This document shows positions 1 to 8,659 of a DNA stretch of 23,108 nucleotides, one piece after another; the stretch's first letter is position 1, and each line of letters begins with the position of its first letter. Source of the stretch: Chamaesiphon sp. (GTDB taxonomy: Bacteria; Cyanobacteriota; Cyanobacteriia; Cyanobacteriales; Chamaesiphonaceae); contig CBDFFH010000048.1 of assembly GCA_965246715.1 (NCBI GenBank), forward strand, positions 1 to 23,108. Reading direction: 5' to 3'. Under the pieces are notes generated by a model. That model saw only the letters and a program-made list of their open reading frames with translations, did no database searches and was not told the DNA's origin. The position numbers and the translations under genes are program-made.

Positions 1-429
1 ATCAATTCCCCTGGTGGTTCGGTTTCGGCGGGGATGGGAATTTTTGATACGATGAATCAAATTCGCCCCGATGTTTGTACTGTCTGTATGGGATTTGCCG
101 CCAGTATGGGCGCATTTCTCCTCAGTGCAGGTCAAAAAGGGAAACGGATGAGTCTCCCTAGTTCGCGGATCATGATTCACCAACCTCTAGGCGGCGCACA
201 AGGACAAGCAACAGATATTGCCATCCAAGCCAAGGAGATTCTCTATATTAAGGGCAGATTAAACGATCTGTTGGCAAAACATACAGGTCAACCTTTAGAG
301 AAAATCCAAGAAGATACCGATCGTGATTTCTACATGTCTGCTGAGGAAGCCAAAAACTACGGCTTGATCGATAATGTGATCGAGCGTCAAGTCAGTGCGG
401 CAAATCCTCCATTATCCTTGGTTCAGTAA
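1..429 (+). CDS. clpP: ATP-dependent Clp protease proteolytic subunit (5'-truncated by window edge)
   Basis: Frame is open from base 1 (INSPGGSV...). Catalytic motifs AASMG (Ser), IMIHQP (His) and DRDFYM (Asp) are present. Confidence 0.97.
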   Translation: MNSPGGSVSAGMGIFDTMNQIRPDVCTVCMGFAASMGAFLLSAGQKGKRMSLPSSRIMIHQPLGGAQGQATDIAIQAKEILYIKGRLNDLLAKHTGQPLEKIQEDTDRDFYMSAEEAKNYGLIDNVIERQVSAANPPLSLVQ

Positions 430-444
430 TTAGGAAATTAGTGG

Positions 445-491
445 ATAGGGAATAGGGGATAGGGGATAGGGAATAGGGGATAGGGAATAGG
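445..491. repeat. Heptamer tandem repeat (ATAGGGA/ATAGGGG), about 6.5 copies, STRR-like
   Basis: Read directly: ataggga atagggg atagggg ataggga atagggg ataggga atagg. Confidence 0.9.
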
Positions 492-526
492 CTTAATCGA
501 TAGGGGCTAGAGTTCCTTGCTTGTCG

Positions 527-568
527 ACTAACTACTAACCACTGTCCACTGTCCACTGTCCACTAACT
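527..568. repeat. Heptamer tandem repeat (ACTAACY/ACTGTCC), 6 copies, STRR-like
   Basis: Read directly: actaact actaacc actgtcc actgtcc actgtcc actaact, just downstream of the nitroreductase stop. Confidence 0.88.
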
Positions 569-569
569 T

Positions 570-1214
570 CTATCCCCGATAAGGGTTGTCGATCCGATCG
601 AGTGATACATTAAATTCAAATGGCATTCGACCAGGATTTTTACGTGGCTCGGCAGAGTAACCGATCGGTAGTACTAATGCGATCGCTAAATCTGGATCGT
701 TTTCGGCACCGATGACTGCTTTGACTTTATCTTCCAGCCAGCCATTCATCATACAGGTAGATAAACCCAAACTCTCGGCTGCGAGTGTCGCATGAGTCGC
801 GGCAATCATCGCATCTTTAATGGCATATTCCCGCGCTTTATCGCCTAATCCAACCGCAAATTCGGGAATAGATTTTTGGAAATAACCCACAGTCTTTTCA
901 TTCCACGCACCAGTCTCTAAACCCTGTTGCAAAATCGGTGTTAAATCCTTCTCACCAGCCTTAATATCTGCCGCAAAAACGAAGTTGACAGGTGCTTGAG
1001 CTACCTGGGGTTGATTCCAGCAAGCAGCCGCTAGCGCCGCTCTTTGAGCAGGATCTTGGATGATAATAATCCGCCAGTCCTGCAGATTAAAACTACTAGG
1101 TGCTGCAACGGTAAGTTCGACGAGTTGACGGAGTAGTTCTGGAGCGATCGGGTCTGGCTTAAAATTTTTAATCGATCGACGTTGTAAAATCGCGCTCGGT
1201 ACGTCTAATGGCAT
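570..1214 (-). CDS. Nitroreductase family flavoprotein (DrgA-like)
   Basis: RRSIK, APSSFNLQDW and AESLGLSTCMMNG FMN-binding motifs. Confidence 0.92.
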   Translation of the reverse strand: MPLDVPSAILQRRSIKNFKPDPIAPELLRQLVELTVAAPSSFNLQDWRIIIIQDPAQRAALAAACWNQPQVAQAPVNFVFAADIKAGEKDLTPILQQGLETGAWNEKTVGYFQKSIPEFAVGLGDKAREYAIKDAMIAATHATLAAESLGLSTCMMNGWLEDKVKAVIGAENDPDLAIALVLPIGYSAEPRKNPGRMPFEFNVSLDRIDNPYRG

Positions 1215-1418
1215 AATTTTGCTGTGATGTTAGAGATGCGGGTATAGCTTATTTTATCAGTAATGCCCAGCTTGAGAATTTTGGATCCAATCTATATGTG
1301 TTAGGAGTACTTTACCCGATCGCTTCAGGAGCGAAATAAAATATAAACATAACAACATCCCCACCAGCAACCAACCTAACGAGGATGTTTAAACGGAACT
1401 AAATAGTTATCAACAATC

Positions 1419-1793
1419 ATGACACAATCTACAGATCGAGACATCACTGAAATTAAAAGTGCAATCGAATCTATTGTCAGGAGTACTGACGCAAATACCA
1501 AAGCGATAGCTACGCTGTCTAATCAGATCGCAGATCTAACTTTAGAAATGCGGTTAGGGTTTGCCAACGTGGATATCAAGTTCTCCGAAGTTAGAGGTGA
1601 AATTAAGGAAGTCCGTGGGGACATTAAAGTTGTCGATACTCGCTTGGTTGAAGTCGATCGCAAAATCGATAAACTCGATACTAGAATTGACAAACAGGAT
1701 ACACGCCTGTGGGCATTTGTGATCTCTGTGCTTACAATTACTGTGGGGATTTGTGGCACTCTAATCAAAACATTTGTTTTCCCGAATATCTGA
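1419..1793 (+). CDS. Coiled-coil protein with C-terminal transmembrane anchor (DUF1640/Bdr-like architecture)
   Basis: Heptad repeats EVRGEIK-EVRGDIK-VVDTRLV-EVDRKID-KLDTRID followed by hydrophobic LWAFVISVLTITVGICGTLI. Confidence 0.75.
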   Translation: MTQSTDRDITEIKSAIESIVRSTDANTKAIATLSNQIADLTLEMRLGFANVDIKFSEVRGEIKEVRGDIKVVDTRLVEVDRKIDKLDTRIDKQDTRLWAFVISVLTITVGICGTLIKTFVFPNI

Positions 1794-1870
1794 CTGTAAA
1801 AAATATTTTCCCTTGTCAAATGAAATCCCAACCTCCCAACAGATTTTGATTAATGCTGTGACACCAATTG

Positions 1871-2542
1871 TTAATTTATTTTTGCTAAGATGTCGGACCA
1901 GCTAATCTCCGCAAGAGTTGGTAAAACTAAATGCGCTTGCGCCAATCGATTGAATGGCCCAACCCCTATCACCCACATTCCCGCCATTAAAGCTGCGACA
2001 ATACCTGCGGGAGCATCTTCGATCACTAAACAGTGCTCGGGCGGAATTTTCAGCGCCTCAGCAACATAAAGAAAAATATCTGGAGCGGGTTTGAGATCGG
2101 GTACGCTATGACCATCAGCAATAAAATCAAAGAAATTGATAATCCCCAATCTTTGTAAGACTAGTTTGGCATTTTTACTCGAAGAACCCAAGGCAATTTT
2201 AATTTTCGCACCACGAAGCTCCATTAATAAATTACTAATGCCTGGTAAAATATTTTCGCAATTTAGCCGATCGATCGATTCTAAATAATAAGTATTTTTC
2301 CGCCTTAATAATAATTGCTGCCGTTCTAAACTAATTTGCCGATCGCCCAATAGATAACACAGCGCATCTTCCCGATTTAGCCCTAACATTTCTCGATCGT
2401 GTGTCATCTTGTCAAACGGAATTCCCTCTTCGTCGGCTAATCTTTGCCACGAGAGATAATGGAAGTAAACCGTATTAGTAATTACGCCATCAAGGTCGAA
2501 GATGACTGCTGCAATATGAGGATCGCGGTTTAGTGTATCCAT
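1871..2542 (-). CDS. pgmB: Beta-phosphoglucomutase (HAD family)
   Basis: FDLDGVI (motif I), SSSKNA, KPAPDIFL and VIEDAPAGI motifs typical of beta-PGM. Confidence 0.85.
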   Translation of the reverse strand: MDTLNRDPHIAAVIFDLDGVITNTVYFHYLSWQRLADEEGIPFDKMTHDREMLGLNREDALCYLLGDRQISLERQQLLLRRKNTYYLESIDRLNCENILPGISNLLMELRGAKIKIALGSSSKNAKLVLQRLGIINFFDFIADGHSVPDLKPAPDIFLYVAEALKIPPEHCLVIEDAPAGIVAALMAGMWVIGVGPFNRLAQAHLVLPTLAEISWSDILAKIN

Positions 2543-2717
2543 AGCTATCTAATTCGGCGACGATCTGCAACGATTGTGGTAACCCTAAGTTGGCTATTTT
2601 TAGTCATTATGCCCACCAGGTCACATCATAGACTACCTCACTCTAAAAATTAGATATTATTGAAATATTACTGGGTGAAAAACATCAGCACCCCACGACC
2701 CATACCCTCAGACTCCA

Positions 2718-3725
2718 TTGAATCCACAATACACACCCCCCTGGTGGCTGCAATCCGGTTTAGCCATGACACTATATTCAGCATTGGGCATGAGTCGAGA
2801 CTGGGAAAAATATACGATCGAATCAGAGCCAGTTTATCAAGAACATATTTTCTCTGGCGATGGTGGTGTGCCGATTTTTGGCATTGTGGCAATTCCGCCC
2901 CATCCCAAAGGCACAATTATCGCTACCTATGGAATTACTGGAACTTTAGAGAATCAATGGTTTTTAAGAATTTTAGGTCGTAAAGCCTACGCCCAAGGCT
3001 ATGCTGTCGTGTTATTTGACTGGCGCGCCCATGGCAAGACCGCTGAATTATCACCCCAACTTACTTCCGACGGTATCCATGAGGGTGAAGATTATGTCCA
3101 GATCGCCCGCCAATCTGTCCAGCTAGGCTGTCCGGCACCAATGTGGATAGTTGGGTACTCGTTGGGGGGTCAATTGGCTCTATGGGGCGTTAAGGCGGGT
3201 CGGGATGTTCCGGAAATTGCGGGCGGAGCAGTTATTTGTCCTAGTCTAGAATCCGATCGATCTTTGAAGTATCTGATGGCACATCCCACGGGTAAATATT
3301 TAGAGCGAGCGATCTCTAAAGAATTGCGAAAATTAGCCTGGGGACTCCATCATTATCATCCGACCGAGATCGACCCCCAGGCGATCGAGCGTGCTACGTC
3401 AATCTGGGGATTCGATCGAGAATTAGTAATCCCGCGATTGGGTTTTGCGACGGTAGAAGACTATTATGCTGCCACTAGTCCCCTATATTTTTTAGCAGAT
3501 ATCGACAAACCACTGCTGATTATTTATGCCGCAGACGATCCCCTGTTCGATCCGACTCTAGTTGACCAATTGCGCGATATCGCCCACACTCGATCGAATC
3601 TCGATCTCTTGCTTACTCCTCACGGCGGACATGTGGGCTATATCAGCAACAAAACTTGTCAAAAGTTAAATTTCGATCGTGACCCCTGGTGGAGTTGGAA
3701 TCGTGTTTTAGAATGGATGAGATAG
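2718..3725 (+). CDS. YheT-family alpha/beta hydrolase
   Basis: GYSLGG nucleophile elbow, DDPL Asp and HGGHVGY His; N-terminal YTPPWWL; TTG start. Confidence 0.9.
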   Translation: MNPQYTPPWWLQSGLAMTLYSALGMSRDWEKYTIESEPVYQEHIFSGDGGVPIFGIVAIPPHPKGTIIATYGITGTLENQWFLRILGRKAYAQGYAVVLFDWRAHGKTAELSPQLTSDGIHEGEDYVQIARQSVQLGCPAPMWIVGYSLGGQLALWGVKAGRDVPEIAGGAVICPSLESDRSLKYLMAHPTGKYLERAISKELRKLAWGLHHYHPTEIDPQAIERATSIWGFDRELVIPRLGFATVEDYYAATSPLYFLADIDKPLLIIYAADDPLFDPTLVDQLRDIAHTRSNLDLLLTPHGGHVGYISNKTCQKLNFDRDPWWSWNRVLEWMR

Positions 3726-3831
3726 TGGCTAGTGGCTAGTGATGGAGTGAAAATAGTAACTAATTGAAATATATTTACACAAATTCCCTCTCTGCGCCCT
3801 ATGTGTTTATCCATTTACCTACTCTCTTTTT

Positions 3832-4431
3832 ATGAGCTTACGCGACCAGTTTAATAAATTGACAGGCAAAAACCAATTTGTCGTCGCCCGAATTTTCATC
3901 CATTTAGGTGGCGAAGAAGTATCGCCGTTACTGGGAATTTTAAATCAAGCTGCGCGACAAGCGATCGAATCCGATGGTGACATGACAATTGTGGGTGAAG
4001 GCTTAGTCGAAATCTGTCAAAATCTGTTGCAATATGATACTTACTGGCAATCGGCAGCGAATGAAGGTGATGTATTCTGGGATGAAGGTGCAGCTGGTGA
4101 CTATGCCAATGAGTTATTTACTGATTCTGCGGGGCGGTATTTAAGCGAACCAGATCTGAGTACACCCAACAATCCAAATGAGAAATTAACCTTACCGCCA
4201 ACTCGCAATTTGATCGTGATGCTTACGGTAGCATTAGAAGGTGAAGAACCAAATCTCGAAGCAGATCTTTCGAATATGTCTGCCCTGAAGATTGGCTTAA
4301 AATCTTTAATTAATCTCCACTATCAAGAACGTCTTCGCGCAATTTACGTTCACTTCTCTCCCGCTCGATTTGGTGACGAACTCACTGACGACCAAGTTCT
4401 TCAAAATTTCCCTGAGTTAATTCCGTTGTAA
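3832..4431 (+). CDS. DUF1517-like protein (short cyanobacterial type)
   Basis: Recalled family resemblance (LIVMLTVALEG; VHFSPARFGDELTDDQVLQNFPELIPL C-terminus); not verified by search. Confidence 0.7.
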   Translation: MSLRDQFNKLTGKNQFVVARIFIHLGGEEVSPLLGILNQAARQAIESDGDMTIVGEGLVEICQNLLQYDTYWQSAANEGDVFWDEGAAGDYANELFTDSAGRYLSEPDLSTPNNPNEKLTLPPTRNLIVMLTVALEGEEPNLEADLSNMSALKIGLKSLINLHYQERLRAIYVHFSPARFGDELTDDQVLQNFPELIPL

Positions 4432-4662
4432 GTAAACTTAGGGCATAGGGGATAATTAGTTGAATTTCGATCCTCTAGTTTTAGTAAAGATGTGGTTAAC
4501 CAGATCTTATCGATCGGTTTATTCGGTATTTAGTAGTTCTCGGATCGGTTATTATGAGGATAAAAGTTAGATTTATATTTTCAATCTAAGGTCTACTTTT
4601 AGCTGAGATTATAGATTGTAAATTGACCTGAGAATTAGCTAACATAAGAAAACACAATAGTC

Positions 4663-5572
4663 ATGAAATCAGTTTATATGTTACGTCGATTAGTGATAAT
4701 TTTTATGGCTTTGACCTTGTCGATAACTTCCGTAGCCTGCGGCTCTGGAAATGAAGATCGGTCATCTCAGGTACGAAATCAACAGCCCACCACGATTAGC
4801 AATAATACCAATCAGAAGCCGATCGCTGAAGGCAAATATCCCGTCCAGCAAGTTACTTATAACGATGCTAACGGTGAATATACCCTAATGTTGCTAAATA
4901 CACCTGCTGGAACGCCACCAGCATACCGTACCACCAATCTTCAGATGGCCCGATTGACTGATGAAGAAGTCAAAGCGAATGAAAAGATTTACTTAAAATC
5001 AGAAAAGTGGTCAGACATCGCTGCACATGCCAGAAGACTTCAAAATTGAGTATGTACATAATGTCACCGAGGCTCAAACCAATCCTCAAACCGGACAACG
5101 AGAAAACGTCGTAGTCAGACAAGAATCGAGTTTCTGGAAGCCGTTTGCAGGTGCTGTCGCCGGACAAGTCGCCGGACAGGTAATTAGTAATATGTTATTC
5201 AGACCTCACTATTATGTACCACCTGCATACAGTAATGGTGGCATGTCAGGTTATGGCGGCTTTGGGACTAATTATGGTCAAGCCGTACAGAGTTATCAAA
5301 CGCGGTACAATAGCCCCCCACCAGCAGTGGTCAATCGGACAACATTACGGACGACTGGCAGATTGAATAATAACTTCGATCGGAATAATAATAATTCAAA
5401 CCGCTCTGTCGAAAGAACACGTTCGACAGGCTCCGGGTTTGGTAGCAGCACGCTCCGTCAATCCGAGCGATCTGGCTCTTCGTTCCGTCGTCAGTCTAGC
5501 CCTTCAAATCGCAGTTTTGGTAGCGGCGGTCGCAGCCGTTCTAGTTCTGGATTTGGCAGCCGCAGACGCTAA
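4663..5572 (+). CDS. Predicted lipoprotein with Gly/Ser/Arg-rich tail, split by one +1 frameshift near 5003-5007
   Basis: Lipobox SVA-C after a hydrophobic signal (start 4663 or 4678). Removing one base from gaaaagtggt joins ORF 4663-5049 to 5027-5572 (..LKSE[N/S]GQTSLHMPEDF..). Confidence 0.8.
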
Positions 5573-5676
5573 ATTAGATCGTTAACGAACTAGCAGCCTA
5601 AACCAACCGGAAGGGATGGATAGGCTGCTTGAGTGTATGCTGGTAAAGAACTATTGCAGCAATAAGGATTGAGATG

Positions 5677-5889
5677 ATGGCAGTAAAAAAAGGAGATTCT
5701 GTTCGGGCGATCGCCAGTAAGCTAGCAAGTAGTCTAGAAGCTAAAGCTAGTGATGCACGGTTTCCTAAATATTTATTTGAAACCAAAGGTGAGATCTTAG
5801 ACTTACGTGGTGATTATGCCCTCGTCAAATTCGGACAAGTGCCCACACCCAATATTTGGTTGCGGGTAGATCAACTCGAGGGATTTTAG
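5677..5889 (+). CDS. ndhO: NAD(P)H-quinone oxidoreductase (NDH-1) subunit O
   Basis: MAVKKG..VRA...[38 protein letters not shown] is the NdhO signature. Start may be 5674 or 5677. Confidence 0.93.
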   Translation: MAVKKGDSVRAIASKLASSLEAKASDARFPKYLFETKGEILDLRGDYALVKFGQVPTPNIWLRVDQLEGF

Positions 5890-6067
5890 GGGCTAGTGGC
5901 TAGCGATTGGTAAAGAATTAATTTTTAAAAACTCTTCGAGCCCAACTAATCCTAGTCTCTAGTCCCTAGGCGCTCGATTCTCGACTGCTCTTTTACGAGC
6001 GGCACCGTTCCGATGGGGAATGCTAAACTTCGACGACGATCGATCCAAATCTGCCAACGACTTAAAA

Positions 6068-6193
6068 TTAGTTTTTCTCTTTGAGCAGTTCTTGGACTTG
6101 TTTGAGCGCAGCAGGAAGAATATTGAAAACTGCCCAACCCGCAGCGGCTGCAAGTGGTGCAAGGACGATCAAAATCCGAAAATCAAAGTCCAT
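6068..6193 (-). CDS. psbY: Photosystem II protein Y (41 aa)
   Basis: Manual translation MDFDFRILIVLAPLAAAAGWAVFNILPAALKQVQELLKEKN*, with the PsbY signature D.R.LIVLAP...A.GWA.FNI...AL.Q and an upstream AAGGA RBS. Not in the ORF track. Confidence 0.95.
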   Translation of the reverse strand: MDFDFRILIVLAPLAAAAGWAVFNILPAALKQVQELLKEKN

Positions 6194-6315
6194 AATTATT
6201 TCCTTAATTGAGAAGTAAAAGATTTTATGATAACTAAATATCGCATATTTACTGTAGCAGAATTAGGGTCTACTCTTGGCGTAACATTCGATCTAGAGCT
6301 TGGGACATTCGCGTC

Positions 6316-6969
6316 CTAACCGATCGAGATCGAGCCTTTGCCTCTGAGTAAACCAATATTGGCGCCAGGACAAATATGACTGAGCGGTTGTTCGATCGGA
6401 AACTGCTGCCAGATTGCATCGACGCTGCGAAGTTGGCGATGCCAGTGAAAAGTTTTGGAAGTACGGAGTGGTACGGGTTCGCCCAATTGGTTTGGGAGTA
6501 AATGTCTGCCCGTAAATAACACACCACCAGTACCACGATAGTAAATACATGCCGATCCGGGTGAATGTCCGGGAGTCCAAATCGCGTGTATGCTATCTTT
6601 AAGATTAAATCGATCCTGAAAGGTAGTAAGTTTGAGTTCTGGGAGTAAATAAGCTTCTTGCTCTTGGATCAGCACTTGGCAGCCTAATTGGGTGGCAATG
6701 GTCGTAGCCTTACCGATACCGCCACGATGAGTGATTGCCAACCACTTCACTCCACCGAGATCGGTAATAAATTGTTGATTTAGATCGTTCCAAGCTGGGC
6801 TATCGACTAAGATGTTACCCGCAGACGTCACGATCGCATAGGCAGTACCGCCCAATGTGTCTCGATTGGCGGCAAATGCAAAAATACCAGGCAGAATTTC
6901 AGTCGGGAGTTTACCAATATTGGCTCTGATAGGAGATGATAATTGCGAACAGTCAGATTCTGGCGGCAT
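6316..6969 (-). CDS. Metallo-beta-lactamase-fold protein with degenerate metal site
   Basis: NILVDSP, ITHRGG, WTPGHSPGS, VLFTGRH and ICPG follow the MBL motif order. Confidence 0.85.
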   Translation of the reverse strand: MPPESDCSQLSSPIRANIGKLPTEILPGIFAFAANRDTLGGTAYAIVTSAGNILVDSPAWNDLNQQFITDLGGVKWLAITHRGGIGKATTIATQLGCQVLIQEQEAYLLPELKLTTFQDRFNLKDSIHAIWTPGHSPGSACIYYRGTGGVLFTGRHLLPNQLGEPVPLRTSKTFHWHRQLRSVDAIWQQFPIEQPLSHICPGANIGLLRGKGSISIG

Positions 6970-7132
6970 AAGAGCAGGTATTTTGCTACGATTTGTATTG
7001 TACCAATTTCTAGCAATCGCAAATACCGCTAACCGGAATTGTTAATGCTGATGAGGTCAGCTCTTGAATCATTGTTCGGTTGCTGTCAAGCTGTAATGGT
7101 GATAGTTCGATCGATTACTAATAATTATATTC

Positions 7133-8659
7133 ATGTGGTTGCCTTTACTATTCGTCCTGATTTTATCGGGAATTTTGACATACATTATTCTGCATCGAAC
7201 TGTTAGTCGGATGACTACAGTTCCACTGTGGATATTGTGGGCGATCTTGATGACTCCGCCGTTATTAACTGGGGCGACAGTCACCTGGAGCAAGCAAATT
7301 CCGCCCATACCCGTGGTAATTTTGGTTTGCTCGGTCTGCTGGTTTACATATTGGCGATTGCTAGAATGGGGCAAACCTCAGCCCCGATCGATCCCACCAA
7401 ATCAGCCTAATGGCACAGCAGAAGATCGATCTGGCGAACCTGCTGAAATTATCCCCACACCGGAACTAGACCCCCAGACAGAGTTAATTGCGCTGCGACC
7501 GATCGAGCCAGAGGAAGAAGTTTCATTAAGAACTTGTTTTGCGTGGAATATCTTCTTTCTGGAAAAAATCGAGTATCGTCCCCAAGCAGTATTATGTCGG
7601 GGCAAATTACGCACTAATTCAGATACCGCATACGCCACCATTGTTGAAAATATTCAAAACTTATTTGGCGACAGATTTTTTATTTTATTTCAATATAGTT
7701 TATCTACTGGCAAGCCATTTTTCGCTCTAGTTCCGCGTCCCCAGTATACCCAGATTACCCGATCGCGACGATGGCTCGATTATACGATCGCTGCCCTGCT
7801 AGTACTCCTGACACTGCTGCCTACCACGTATTTTGGGGCAGCCCTAGCCCGATTTACCAGTAGTAGTTTGCTCGAGATTGTTAAAGCTGGCTGCCCTTAT
7901 GCATTAAGTATTATTTCGATTTTGGGGTTACGCGATTTGGGGCGATATTTAGTTGCACGATTTTATCGGATCGAGACTAGCGTACCGTATTTGATTCCGC
8001 TCCCCTTTCCCCCAGGTACTTACGGGTGTTTGGTCCAAATTCAATCACCAATTCCCGATCGCAAGGCTGTGTTCGATCTGGGATTTGTCGCTTCATTATT
8101 AGGCTTGAGCGTAGCAATTCCACTATTTATCTGGGGATTGGCACACTCAGTAACTGTCCCGATCGATCTCAAAGCTACTCTATTTAGCTTCCACGCCTTC
8201 AATCCTCGCTTTTCACTGTTAATGGCACTCCTGAGTAAAGTCGCCCTGGGTAGCCGTTTTGTGGCCGATCGCGCGATCGATTTACATAGCGTAGCGATCG
8301 CGGCTTATATCGGTTTGCTGATTATTACGATTAATTTAATGCCACTACGGCGATCGGATGGTGGCTATATCGTCCATGCAATGTTCGGGCAAAAAACCAG
8401 TGCGATTATCAGTCAATTAAGTAAAATTCTGCTGGTTATCATTGGCATCATCCGCTTCAAAACGTCTGGGGTTGGTAATGCCGATTTACTATTTTTGGCA
8501 ATTGTGATTTCCCTGATTCCGGCGATCGACGAACCCGCACTCAATGATGTCTCCGAACTTAATCACTGGCGAGATGTCTGCGGTATTTTGACGATCGGGG
8601 TGCTCATCCTCATGTTGATTCCCGTCCCCGCGATCTTAATTGAATTCTTGGGCATTTAA
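7133..8659 (+). CDS. Site-2 protease (peptidase M50, EGY-like) homolog, apparently catalytically inactive
   Basis: Multi-TM layout with PQAVLCRGKLR, PYLIPLP..GTYG, PIPDRKAVFDLG, NLMP...DGG and PALNDVSELN. The HExxH position reads RDLGR. Confidence 0.88.
   Translation: MWLPLLFVLILSGILTYIILHRTVSRMTTVPLWILWAILMTPPLLTGATVTWSKQIPPIPVVILVCSVCWFTYWRLLEWGKPQPRSIPPNQPNGTAEDRSGEPAEIIPTPELDPQTELIALRPIEPEEEVSLRTCFAWNIFFLEKIEYRPQAVLCRGKLRTNSDTAYATIVENIQNLFGDRFFILFQYSLSTGKPFFALVPRPQYTQITRSRRWLDYTIAALLVLLTLLPTTYFGAALARFTSSSLLEIVKAGCPYALSIISILGLRDLGRYLVARFYRIETSVPYLIPLPFPPGTYGCLVQIQSPIPDRKAVFDLGFVASLLGLSVAIPLFIWGLAHSVTVPIDLKATLFSFHAFNPRFSLLMALLSKVALGSRFVADRAIDLHSVAIAAYIGLLIITINLMPLRRSDGGYIVHAMFGQKTSAIISQLSKILLVIIGIIRFKTSGVGNADLLFLAIVISLIPAIDEPALNDVSELNHWRDVCGILTIGVLILMLIPVPAILIEFLGI

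Noticed and set aside
445..568. Tandem repeats as a possible CRISPR array
   Set aside because: 7-bp units with no spacers and no cas genes.
5952..6211. ORF-track calls 5952-6137, 5959-6162 and 6020-6211
   Set aside because: Shadow frames overlapping the real psbY (6068-6193, - strand).
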